DNA from: Eledone cirrhosa
Taxonomy: Eukaryota
NCBI GenBank assembly: GCA_964016885.1
Contig: OZ024740.1
Coordinates: forward strand, 244,528,001-244,592,000
Direction: 5' to 3'
DNA length: 64,000 nt
This document shows, piece by piece, positions 52,286 through 64,000 of this stretch. Each line of letters opens with the position of its first letter. Positions within the stretch are counted from its first letter, which is position 1. The translations under genes and the position numbers were made by a program. The notes beneath the pieces were generated by a model. The model worked only from the letters and a program-made list of their open reading frames with translations. It was not told the origin of the DNA and ran no database searches.

Positions 52286-52806
52286 TTGAAAAAAAAGAGT
52301 GGATCTGCTAATAGGCAGATCTGACTGAACTGATCAGCCAGTCTGCTAATATGCAAATCAGGCTGATCAGTCACTGTATATTTTAGAAAATATCATATAT
52401 TTTCACTAGCTCTGACAGTTGGCAGGTGAACAGTGAACTTTACTGATGAAGGGTGATACCGAGAACCATTGGTGTCTGCAATTCTGTTTACATGCCAACA
52501 CAAGAGCAAGAATGAGGGGCTCATTCTACTGACATGGCTTTAAAAAAAGAGGCTGTTTGCATAATTGTAAACGAATCGAATATTATTATTAATAGGGCGG
52601 TGGATTGGCAGTAGAGGGTTGGACGCCATGCTTTGCAGCATGGAGTTACGGGCCTTTACGATCTGAGTTCAAATCCCGCCGAGGTTAACTTTGCCTTTCA
52701 TCCTTACGGGGTCGATAAAATAGAGTACCAGTAATGCACTGGAATAATTGCTGGCCTTGTGCCTAAAGTAGAAACAATTATTAATATTGGAAAAACTCAG
52801 ATTACA
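52283..52806 (+). mobile_element. Hammerhead-bearing pseudo-LTR-like repeat, copy 2 (copy 1 = 13690-15372)
   Basis: Colinear with 13780-13874 + 15155-15370; CTGATGA at 52443 with a mutated GAAA; interrupted by SINE 52596-52776 (TSD ATTATTAATA). Confidence 0.8.
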
Positions 52807-52820
52807 CACACACACACACA

Positions 52821-52933
<113 letters not shown>

Positions 52934-53964
52934 GCACACACACTGGCCGTATCTTTCATGTTAGCATTCATCGGTGCCGGTACACACTGTGCGAGACTAT
53001 GTTTATTGGTCAGACTGGCGTCGACTGGCCGACAGATTCTCCGGACCGGCAGTCTCTCCTCGGTGACCCGACATTTTTGCACTGATAGTCATTCCATATG
53101 CCAGCTTACTATGTTCAGGCTTGCTTCCTGCACCGGACCGCAGACATGCACCACCAGAGGGAACAGAGGCTTATATTTTCTAAATATATCTACCCCCTAT
53201 CTACCCCCTTAATACACTACCCCGCATCCTCAAGTCTGCTCTTTCCCTCATCCATGCGCACAGAAATACGTAGTGTCAACACACACACACACACACACGC
53301 TTAGATACATTACACATACAATTAAAACTTCAACAGACTTATTAATAAACAAACACGTAGAAACGTACAAATACAGACATGCCCACACCAGCACATATAC
53401 ACACGCATTTTTCATTTAGCGTTGTATAGTGTAGTTGTTAAGGAAATTTAACCGCAGTTTAGTTTATTTCAGCTGAGCACATTAAAGTTAAGTTTCGTTT
53501 TTATAACGAATGGATACATAATGAACAGTTACATATTTGTCACAAATAATTTATTTTGTATTTGATACTTACACAGACAAGCCACACTCATACACACTGT
53601 TAATACAACCAGGCACATTAAGACACCATCACGAACAATATGTACACCATTCCACCAATATATTGGTGATACACACGAACAATTAAAAACAACACCCACG
53701 TTTACTCACATGTTCCCTTTTTGTATTTTTTATTTTCTAATCTATCTACATGTACTCTCCTGACGAAGGATTTAATTATCAAAATTCATGCTATTGGCCC
53801 ATTTGATTTTTTTCCCGTCATTTCATTTTCAGTTTATACATTGTCCTGTTCCTTTTCTACTTTATTTAAATTTCATTCCTGTCATAATCGATATCCTGTT
53901 TGCAATCCTAACTATAAGTAAACGCTCCGTACAGTCACAGACACCTAAGAAACAGTCACAAATT

Positions 53965-54146
53965 TAAAACCTATATTTGTACCGTCCTGTACCATCCTGT
54001 GCTGTCATTAATGTATTTTTTGTAAACCCTTTGTGGTTAATAAAGAAATCACTATTATTATTATTACGGGGTCGATAAAATAAAGTACCAGTAATGCACT
54101 GGGTAATTGCTGGCCTTGTGCCTAAAGTAGAAACAATTATTATTAT
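53965..54146 (+). mobile_element. Tx1 3' UTR fragment + (ATT)n + 5'-truncated SINE + (ATT)n
   Basis: GTACCGTCCTGTACC..CCTTTGTGGTTAATAAAGAAATC, then the SINE 3' half at 54066-54146. Confidence 0.85.
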
Positions 54147-55046
54147 TGCCATTTCATTTATCTTGCTTTATGTTTATACAAGTCACAACCAGTGACCTCA
54201 AGAGACAACAAGATCCGCCATGTTCAAGAAACATACATACGCACACGTATATATCTTTAGGTGTTTACACTTGTGATGTACTTATATCGACAGAATTTTC
54301 CTTAGTATATGGGCAGTACCCATTAGTACTATCTTTTGTATTTCTTCAATACGCGGGTTTCCTGGGATTTGGGATAAGTAATCATTAGACCCCTTAGGTA
54401 TCATTCCTAGAGCGCCTACAACAACTGGTATTGTTTTAGCTTTCAACTTCCACATTTTTCCAATCTCTATTTCCAGCTCTTTATAATTGCTCAATTTTTA
54501 AAATGTTTTTATAGATAGATTCTTGTTTATAGATATATTCTTGTTTATTGTTCATGTCAATTAGCAGGCATACCCTCTGTTTAAAGTGCTTAAGTATTAT
54601 ATCAGGTCTATTTTCATCTATTTTTCGGTCTGTTTGGATGCTAAAGTTCCGCAAAATTGAAATTAGAGTTTTTTCAAGTACGGGAGGTGGTTGATGTTCC
54701 CACCAATTTTTTTGATGGGGCAGGTCAAAATGCTTACACATTATCCAATGTATGTATTGTGCCGCTCTGCTGTGCCTGTTAAGGTATTCGGTTGGAGCTA
54801 TAGGACTGCACATTGAAATTATATGATCAATGGTCTCTGGTTGTTTTCTACATACACGGCATAATGGGTTGCATCCATTTTTTATGATGTTGGCTTGGTA
54901 ATTTTTTGTTGGCAGACACTGATCTAGTGCTGATATAATCAGTCCTTCAATCTCCGATTTCAGTCCAGAGGATGCCAACCACTGATGGGTTAAAGTTTTG
55001 TCCACATCAGGATTGTTGGCTCTTTCTGGGTATTTTCCATACACCC
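54147..55046 (-). mobile_element. R4/Dong-clade LINE 3' fragment
   Basis: CRVC..ETIDHIISMC, YLNRH, NRPDIILK..LLID, IPVVVGALG, IQKIVLMGTAHILRKIL; 3' end runs into (AAT)n. Confidence 0.9.
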
Positions 55047-55126
55047 TTCTTCTTCTTCTTCTTCTTCTTCTTCTTCTTCTTCTTCTTCTTCTTCTTCTTC
55101 TTCTTCTTCTTCTTCTTCTTCTTCTT

Positions 55127-55821
55127 TACAGGCATGGAAGTGCCGTCAGCCGGGCCTGTCCGAGATCGTCCTGAACGCACTCGTCCAGTGTCCGAGCATC
55201 GCTGACTTGTGGGTTTATGTCGAACATCTGCTGTCACGTGTAGGACGGATCCGGCTATCAGCTGAGTCCATTGCGAAGATTGCCCTGCCACCCTCCTTTA
55301 ACTGGTGGCATTGGTAAAAGAGATCGTATGGTGGACACGTCTGAAAGGGTTCAAGACGGGCATTTTCCTCTTCGGTGAAGCCCTCATTAACTTTTTCAGA
55401 TTTCACCTGAAAAGGAAAATCAGGGTGGAGAGGGAAGTGCTGCCTCTCAGCCAGTTTGTGGAAAGGTGGGTGAGAGAGGCAATAATGGCCCGTGTGAATA
55501 GGCCTGTCCTGATCGTGGTGCCTGTAGTATTGTAGGAGGAAAAGTAGAAGAGGGCGCTTGCCCTAGCGGTCAGGTTGATCGTGGTTTTTGTGGGCTTTCT
55601 CCACAACTGTGCCTCGGAAGTCCCCTCTCTTTTGGGGAATCTTTCCTTTGTTTTTGTTTTTTTTTGTTACATCTTTTGTTTTTCTTTATATATATATAAT
55701 TTTGTTTTTTAACGCGCAGAAATGCCCATTTATACCGTCCTGTACCGTCCTGTACCGTCCTGCACCGCCCTGTGCTGTCCTTAATGTTATAATTTATGTC
55801 AACCTTTGTAATAAAAAAAGC
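55127..55821 (+). mobile_element. Tx1 5'-truncated copy A (ATT-type)
   Basis: EIVWWTRLKGFK..; 3' UTR ending TAATAAAAAAAGCATTAT. Confidence 0.88.
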
Positions 55822-55827
55822 ATTATA

Positions 55828-57148
55828 CCTCTCTCACCCAGAAATGGGCCGCGGGGAAGCTGTTCCTGTAAGGTCGGGTGGAGGTGGCGAATAGGTAGAT
55901 TGCATCCGCCATCTGCTACCGCCTGACCGTCGTGCCTTTCCCCGGCACAACTCTGACCAAACTGGAGCGCCTCGTCTTCCGCTTTTTGTGGAAGGGACGT
56001 CCTTGTATGGTCAGACAATCCAGCTGCTGTAAACCCTCGTTGTGAGGAGGACTGGGCATGCCGTGGCTGATGATGCACAAATTTGCGTTGAGGCTGCGAC
56101 ATATCTGGTCCTTCCTTGATGGTGACGGAACTGCAGTCCTGGATCAGGAAAAGATCGAGGGATAGCGCTTGGAAGCTGGAGTATCTCCAAGCGCTCACCG
56201 CCCTCTACTAGCTAGGCGCTAGCATCGGTGGAACATCCACGTCGGCGTTCTATAGAGGAGTAGTGGAGGAGAAGGGTGAAGACGTCCTCATGGAGACCCT
56301 GGGCGCCGAAGACGATCAGCTATTTGCTCTCTTCAAAAGAACTTTCAGCCCGGGACCTATGGACAACTTCCAGAAATCCCTAGCCTGGAAGTGCTACCGG
56401 GGAGCGTTGCCGGTTCAAGATAAGTTCTATAGGCACGGAAGTGCCGTCAGCCGAGCCTCTCCGAGATGCGTGCAAGGCGACGAAACCGTTGTGCACGCAC
56501 TCGTTCAGTGCCCGAGCATCGCTGAAAGTGGGGCTATGTCGAACAGTTGCTGTCGCGTGTAGGACGAATCCGGTTATCGACTGAGTCTATTGTGCAAATA
56601 GCCCCGCCTTCCTCCTTTAAGGAGGAGGAAGGGCAGACAGTTTTCTTCTGCCTGGTGGCCATGGAGAAAGAGATTGTGTAGTGGGCAAGGTTGAAAGGAT
56701 TGAAGACGGACACTTTCCTCTTTGTCGAATCCCTGATTAACTTTTTCAAATTTCACTTGAAGAGGAAAATCGGTGGGAGAGGCAAGTGATGTTTTCTAGT
56801 AAGTTTGTTGAAAGGTGAGTGAAAGTGGCCAGTCTGGTCCGAGTGAACGGGCCCGCTCTGAGTATGCGCCTGTAGACTGAGGAGTGGGAGAACTGAGAGA
56901 GGGCGCTTGTCCTGGTGGTCAGGGTGGCCGTGGTCTTTTGTGTGGTTTTCGCCACGAGTGACCCTCAGAAGTTTCCCCCCTATTGGGGAATTTTTGTTGC
57001 TTCAATTTTTTATTTGTTTTTACACATTTCTATCTTCTTGTTATAACCTTTTTACACAGCCAAAACTCACTTTGTATCGTCCTGTATGTTCTATATGTTC
57101 TGTGTAGTGTTTTTCTTCATGTTAGCCCTTGTGGCCAATAAAGAAACC
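55828..57148 (+). mobile_element. Tx1 5'-truncated copy B (ATT-type)
   Basis: PGPMDNFQKSLAW..CPS; ends CCCTTGTGGCCAATAAAGAAACC(ATT)3. Confidence 0.9.
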
Positions 57149-57155
57149 ATTATTA

Positions 57156-60100
57156 TTGATCAGACGTTTTCAACTGTCTGACAGGTATCGACTGGATCAC
57201 CCGAATGTGCCAATATGGACATGGACAAACCGTATCGGGTCATCCAGATCGTATCTATATAGGATATTCTGCAGGGAACTAGATAAGGCTAGTATAGGTT
57301 GTTCACAATTTAAAATAGTCGACTACACAGACCACAAATTTGTGATCTGCGAGATCGACATAGACAGACTTCATAGACAAGAACCTGGTTACTGGAAGCG
57401 TTTTTCCCGGCGCGCAAAGCCTACAGAGACCGGATTAGCGTATTAGTTAAGCGGGCGTTGACGGGAGCGGTCGTCAACAACAGGTGGTGGTTTGCCCTTA
57501 AAAGGGCAATTAAAGTAGAGTCGATTAGGTTTAGCAAAGGAGTAGCGATAGATGAAAATAGAGTAGAGGGAGAGATAGTCAGAAAGCTAGAAGAGGCGTT
57601 TAGGACAGGCATCGCAACCGACGTGCTTGCGGCGAGATTTGCACTCGACCAATTCTTCAACACAAAACACGAAGGCTGCGTTGTCAGAGCTAGAGCGCGT
57701 GCTCTGAAACATGAGGAGATGAAAGCCGTCCAATGAGCCAGGGTAGCAGAGGCGCGACGTGGTAACAAAGCCATAATTCGGTCTTTATCTGACCAAAACG
57801 GGCGCGTGTTGCTCGAACCCGAGCAGATGTGTGAAGCCTTTCAGCAGCACTTTGCTGAACTGTTCGGGAGCGGCGACGGGCCGGATCGGAGTATGGACTT
57901 CAGTGCATTCCTCGATCGACTGCCTCGGCTCTCGACGACCGCAGCACAGTGTTGCGAAAAGCCAACAACAGCCGGTGAAATACGGGAACCGATGGCAAAC
58001 TGCACGATGGGTAAATCACCAGGTTTGGATGGTCTGCCTACGAGACGTCTACTGCAGCTGGCAGCAGAACGGGAACATTCCCAGTTTTGTGAGCAGGGGA
58101 ACGGTGGCGCTGCTGAGAAAAGACCCGAACAAGGGGGATGTTATCGATAACTTCAGGCCCATAACTCTGCTAAACGCAGAGTTCAAGGTTTTGGCCAAGG
58201 TGTTAGCAACGAGGTTGCTGCTTGTCGTCGAGGATCTGGTGGGAGAGGCGCAGATATGCGCCATTCCGGACAGATCCATCCACGACAACCTCCACCTCAT
58301 GCGATATATTGTAGAGAGGGTAGTTAAGGAACCTGGCACGGGTGGGGCCCTGATCAACTTGGATCAATCCAAAGCATTCGATAGGGTCGACCATCGGTAC
58401 CTGGCGGCGGTCCTCGAGGCAGCCGGTTTCGGGCCCGTTTTCAGGGGCTGGATCGCTGCGATGTACAGCGATATCTGCTCGATTGTGAGGGTGAACGGTC
58501 ACCTGTCGCAGCCGTTCGGCATCATGCGCTCGGTCCACCAGTGTTGTTCCCTCTAGTCCCTCTTGTACGTATTGGCCCTCGATCCGTTACTGCACAAACT
58601 GGAGGTGATGAGGGGCGTCCCACGCGAACTAGGATGCGGGAAATCCGAGTCGGCTTAAGCCGACGACATCACCGTGGTGGTGTCGAGCACAAGACACGTC
58701 CAGATGATCGGCACCACTCTCAAGGAATACGAAGTGGTGACAGGAGCAATGATAAACCAGGAAAAGTCAGTGGGCTTGCAACTCGGCACCTGGAGAGGCA
58801 AGTCCATGCCGTCCGACAGCGTCGTGGGGCGTTGGACGGACGGACCGGTTAAATTGCTCGGGATTTGGTTTGGACCGGACCTCCAGATGGAGAAAAAACT
58901 GGAGCGAGGTGACGAGCAGGGTGGCCTCCCTCCTCCAGAAATGGGCCGAGAGGAAGCTGTCCCTGAAAGGTCGGGCGGAGGTGGCGCGCGTACATCACAT
59001 CCGTCATCTGCTACCGCCTCACCGTCGTCTCTAGCCCCGGCCCAACTCTCACCAAAATGGAGCGCCTCCTCTTCCGCTTTTTGTGGAAGGGACGCGCTCC
59101 CATTGTCAGAAGATCAATCTGCTGTCAACACCCGTTGCGTGGATGACTGGGCATGCCATGGCTGATGATGCGTAAACATGTGCTGAGGCTGCGACATATC
59201 TGGTGCTTTCTTGATGGTGAACAGGTGTAGTCGCTGTTTGCCAGGAACGTTTTCCCACAGCTCGCCTCCTTGACGGAGCTGCAGTCCTGGGTCAGGAAAA
59301 GACCGAGGGATAGCGCTTGGAAACTGGAATGTCTCCAGGCGCTCACCGCCCTCTGCCAGCTGGGCACCAGTATTGGTGGATCAAACACCTCGGCGTTCTA
59401 TAGAGGACTAGTGGAGGGGAAGAGCGACGACGTTCTCGGAGAGATCCTGGGCGTCGAAGAAGATCAGCTATTTGCTCTTTTCCGGAGAACTTTCAGCCCA
59501 GGGCCTATGGATAACTTCCAGAAATCCCTGGCCTGGCAGTGCTACCGGGGAGCGTTGCCGGTTCGAGATAAGCTCTACAGGCACGAAAGTGCCGTCAGCC
59601 GAGCCTGTCCAAGATGCGCGCAGAGCGACAAAACCGTCATGCACGCACTCGTCCAGTGCCTGAGTATTGCTGACTTGTGGAACTATGTCGAACAGTTGCT
59701 GTCACTGAGTCCATTGTGCAGATAGTCTCGCCGTCTTCCTTCGAGGAGGAAGGGCAGGCGGTTTTCATCTGCCTGGTGGCCATGGCGAAAGAGATTGTGT
59801 GGTGGACAAGGTTGAAAGGGTTAAAGACAGACACTTTCCTCTTCGGCGAATCTCTGATTAACATTTTCAAGTTTCACTTGAAGAGGAAATTCAGGGTGGA
59901 GAGGCAAGTGCTGCCTTCTAACAGGTTTGTTGAAAGGTGGGTGAATGTAGCGAGAATGGTCCAAGTGAACGGGACCCCTCTGAATATACGTCTGTAGTTT
60001 GAGGAATGGAAAAATTGAGAGAGGGGCGCTTGCCCTGGTGATCAGGGTGGCCGTGGTCTTTTGTGTGGTTTTCGCCACGAGTAACCCTCGGAGGTTTCCC

Positions 60101-60302
60101 CCTATTGGAGAATTTTTCATTGTTTGAATTTTCATTTTTATTGTTTATATATATATATATGTTTCTATGTCTTTGTTTTCTTTTCTTATATAAATAATAA
60201 AAATCTTTACACGCGCAAAACCCACATCGTACCGTCCTGTACCGCCCTCCGCCGGCTGTAATGTTTTTCTTGATGTCAGCCCTTGTGGCCAATAAAGAAA
60301 TC
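57156..60302 (+). mobile_element. Tx1 copy C, most of ORF2, decayed (ATT-type)
   Basis: YTDHK, NFRPITLLN, LDQSKAFDRV, *ADD (YADD mutated to stop), GVWFGPD-like motif; ends CCCTTGTGGCCAATAAAGAAATC(ATT)6. Confidence 0.93.
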
Positions 60303-60320
60303 ATTATTATTATTATTATT

Positions 60321-60425
60321 ACTTTGCCTTTCATCCTCCGGGGTCGATAAAATAAAGTACCAGTAATGCACTGGTTAATTGCTGGTCTTGTGCCAAAAGT
60401 AGAAACAATTATTATTATTATTATT
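60321..60425 (+). mobile_element. 5'-truncated SINE between (ATT)n tracts
   Basis: SINE core and tail. Confidence 0.9.
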
Positions 60426-60494
60426 GTTCTTTGAGTCTCAGTCATTAATGTTATTTAACTGGAAAGTTTGTTGAAATGAATATCAAGCATTATT

Positions 60495-60722
60495 GTAACC
60501 CTCGGAGCCCCCCCCCCCCCTATTGGGGAATTTTTCATTGTTTGAATTTTCATTTTTATTGTTTATATATATATATGTTTCTATGTCTTTTTACTTTTTC
60601 GTTTCTTATATAAATAATAAAAATCTTTACACGCACAAAACCCACATCGTATCGCCCTGTACCGCCCTGTGCCGTCTGTAATGTTTTTCTTGATGTCAGC
60701 CCTTGTGGCCAATAAAGAAATC
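60495..60722 (+). mobile_element. Tx1 3' UTR-only copy D
   Basis: Near-identical to 60081-60302; preceded by CATTATT, followed by (ATT)n. Confidence 0.92.
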
Positions 60723-61379
60723 ATTATTATTATTATAATTCAAAGTGATTAATTATTTTCCTTTCATCGTTTCCCTCTTTGATCTTTATTTTCTTTTTAG
60801 ATTTCTATTTTTCATCTCTGAAAGAATTAAAACCATCTGTGTGTGGATGGCTGTCTCATCTTATAGATTTATTTATTTTAAGGTTAAACATTGCTCTATC
60901 CCAAAGTAGCCTTTTTTTCTAAGGGGGTTCAGCGAGGTTGTATGATTCGAGGGAGATTTGCTTATTTATTATAAGCCGAGTAACCAAATAGAAGCGTCCC
61001 TGTTAGTTCGTTTCACTTAATGTTATTGTTATTGTCGCTGTTTAGCCATAGGTACACACACACACACACGCACACGCACACACACACACACACATTTATA
61101 TATATATATATATATATAGTAGTAGTAGTAAATACAAATACCAAAATCCAGAAAAGACACCATATGGTTCGTGTATATATATATATATATATATATGCGC
61201 GCGCGTGTGTGTGTGTACCTACGGCTATCCATTAGTATGCTCATATTTATGCTTATATTGTAAATAATATATCCCTTTATCTTTTTAGCTTTTGAACTTT
61301 AACTCAGCCATTTATTATTATATTAAATTATCATGTTATTATACATCATTAATTTATTTTATAACTCTGATATAATACT

Positions 61380-64000
61380 ACCCTACGGCTCCCTATGTTG
61401 CCGATAGAGAGAATGCCTCTAGATATAGAGGCTAACTGAGTATATACAGAATAAACAGTGCCGGACAGAATACGGGTTGCCCTTTGGCAAGACATGGTAC
61501 CTGCTACCCATCTCCACCTAGGTCACGATATCTCATAGGAATGAACCTTTAAACCCTAGTGTTGGGAGTAGGACATTAGAAATGAATATGGCGGTTATTG
61601 TCAGATATCACAGTGGACTATAGTAACAACGTTACTGCGATGATATTCAGGCGTTGCTACCGATTGTCATTACAATAGAGAACAAAATTACAAGGATGGT
61701 ACATAAAACACAAAACGAAACCCCATACCACATCGGTCGTTGCACGGGTGAAAAAAGAGCACGGCACACTGAGGAGACTAGGTTGTAATGATCGAAATGT
61801 CTGTTACGGAAAACCCAAACCGTAACAAACCGACTTTATTAAATGTAAAAAAAAACATTCTAAATTCTGAAATGAAAATGAGTGAATTGACATCAAACAC
61901 AGAAAATCAAAGAGTTGCATAACAGCATTTGCCATATTAAAATGGGAAAAGGTTAGATGCTTCCTCCGCCGAAAAACAACCCATAAATAAGAGGTGTAGG
62001 TCTCTTACTCAGTCCTAAAAGCTATCAAACACTCTGTAACACAGGGTCGATAAACCCGAGAACTATAAGAGCTACTTTCAATAGTAACCCATCCACCATT
62101 ATTGTTTGATGTTATTGTCCCACAAACTCCGCTAATGATGATGAAGATGCAATAAACTTCTACCAAGATCTGATCGCAATTGTGAAAAACATCCCAAATC
62201 ATAATAACGGGTGATTTTAATGCTAAAATTGGACACACAAATTCAAAATATATTTCATTTTGTCAAGAAACAAATCGAAACAGTCGGTACCTAGTTGATT
62301 TTGAGACATAACGTGGACTGATAATAGGGAAGTTATGGACTTTCACATATCCCAATAAATTGAAAGCACAGCTGGACTACATTCTAATAAATAAGAAATG
62401 GAGAATCAATGTGCTAAATTGTGAAGCTTATAACTCTTTTGCATCAGTAAATTCTGACCATAGAATTGTTTCTGTGAAAATAAGACTGTCTATGAATGCA
62501 TAAAAATCAAACCAAAATGAAAGCGAAATATGATTGGAATAAACTGCTAACTGATGATACTATTCAAATCAAATACACAACTGAAGTTAGAAACAGTTTC
62601 AATACACTGCAGGCAAGCGAAGAAAAAATAAATGCTGATGAAATATATTAAAACGTCATGATTGTCCATAAAGAAGCTGCTGAACAAGCCATACCAGAAG
62701 AGAAAGCAACGTGTTCCATGGGAAAGCAAGAAGATTAAAACCATACAAAATCAGTTCAAGAAGCACAAAAAACATTGTTAGAAAACAAAAGTCAATAATG
62801 TAAAAAAGTAAATAATGATCTCTTCCAAGCAGCGAGAGGTTACCATAATAAAGAGCTCTCCACATATGTAAACAACAAAATCAACATCATATCAAACGCA
62901 GTACAAAACCAATCATTAAAAATTGCTTGGACAACTGTCAATTGCTTGGACAACTCTACTGGTAGAAAGAATATACCAACATCCAAGATAAGACGCCAAA
63001 AGAACGCGTACTAAAATGGAAAGACCACCTTCAAAATCTTCTTGATCAACTACCTGCTATAAGAGAACAAAATATCACATGAGTAGTTGAGGATTTCTCA
63101 AATGATGAATTATTGAAGACAATCAAATCCTTTAAAAACAGAAAAGCAGCACGACTCGATAACATTCCAATCGAGGTCAGGAAAACTGAAGCCTTAGTTG
63201 ACACACTACTCGACAAGTGTAATAAAACCTTTCATGGAGATAAGCCAAACATTTTGAGAAAAAGCGGTATAACCCCCCCCCCCCCCCCCCCATACACACA
63301 CACAAAATGATCTTAGTGATGTCAAAATTTACTGTGGAATTAGTCTAACAGTAATATAATCTAAAATCTACCACAGAATGCTATTCATTTAGAACCAAAA
63401 TAGATTTCGTTCAAATATATCAACGCTGGGGCAAATCCTGACCGTTAGAAGACTCATAAAAGGAGTGAAAGCAAACAATCTTCCAACTGTTATCACATTC
63501 ATTGATTTTAACAAAGCTTTCGATTTCATTTATTGTGGAAAACTCAAACAAGTAATGGAGGCGTTGTAAATTGTGACAGAAGGAGCTGCTCTCTACGACG
63601 GAACAGAAGCAAAAGTACTGTCCACCAATAATGATATTTACTTCTTCAAGAAAATACACTAGCTCCGTTCGTCTTCATATTAACACTCGACCATGCAATG
63701 AGACAAGCTGCATATCATGTTCATCAAACAGGATTCACACTACGCCCTCGAAGTAATACTAGACACCCTGAAATAAAAATAACTGATGCCGATTTTGCAG
63801 ATGGTATCACACTCTTATCCGACACCTGCGAAAAAGCACAGCTGTTGTTACAGAGAACGGAATGGGCTACTAAAACAAAATGACTTTACATAAATGAAAA
63901 GAAGACGGAATATATTGCATACAACCAGAAATAGGGTGATATTGTGTCACAAAATGGTTTTAGGTATCTTGGTTAGTGGATTAACACCTCAGAAAAAGAC
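61380..64000 (+). mobile_element. Old RTE-like LINE (APE + RT), heavily decayed, continues off window
   Basis: IITGDFNAKIG, WTFTYPN..AQLDYILIN, SDHRIV, FIDFNKAFD, ITDADFADGITLLS. Confidence 0.8.

Overview
AT-rich, microsatellite-dense eukaryotic (metazoan) intergenic or intronic DNA with no recognisable host gene. The dominant tRNA-derived SINE and the repeat landscape resemble octopus/coleoid cephalopod DNA (inferred, not proven). Nearly the whole window is mobile-element material. It holds one apparently intact 5.8-kb Tx1-clade non-LTR retrotransposon (ORF1 + APE-RT ORF2, minus strand) inserted in a (TCTA)n repeat with a 22-bp target duplication. It also holds many 5'-truncated Tx1 copies of a second, ATTAT/(ATT)n-targeting family, including a head-to-tail array at 54-61 kb. 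Other elements: decayed R4/Dong, RTE, CRE and Penelope-like retroelements, a Tc1/mariner, a precisely bounded Helitron, a hAT MITE and about 16 SINE copies. The most interesting signals are: (i) the SINE shares its 3' terminus, target motif and TSD size with the ATT-type Tx1, and one SINE-Tx1 chimera is present, suggesting a sequence-specific SINE/Tx1 partnership; (ii) retroelement families appear to partition by microsatellite; (iii) ORF1 and ORF2 of the intact Tx1 are in frame and separated by a single UAG; (iv) about ten minimal hammerhead-ribozyme motifs and several fold-back structures lie in (TA)n-associated Penelope-type repeats. All alignments were done by eye, so boundaries of decayed elements are approximate.
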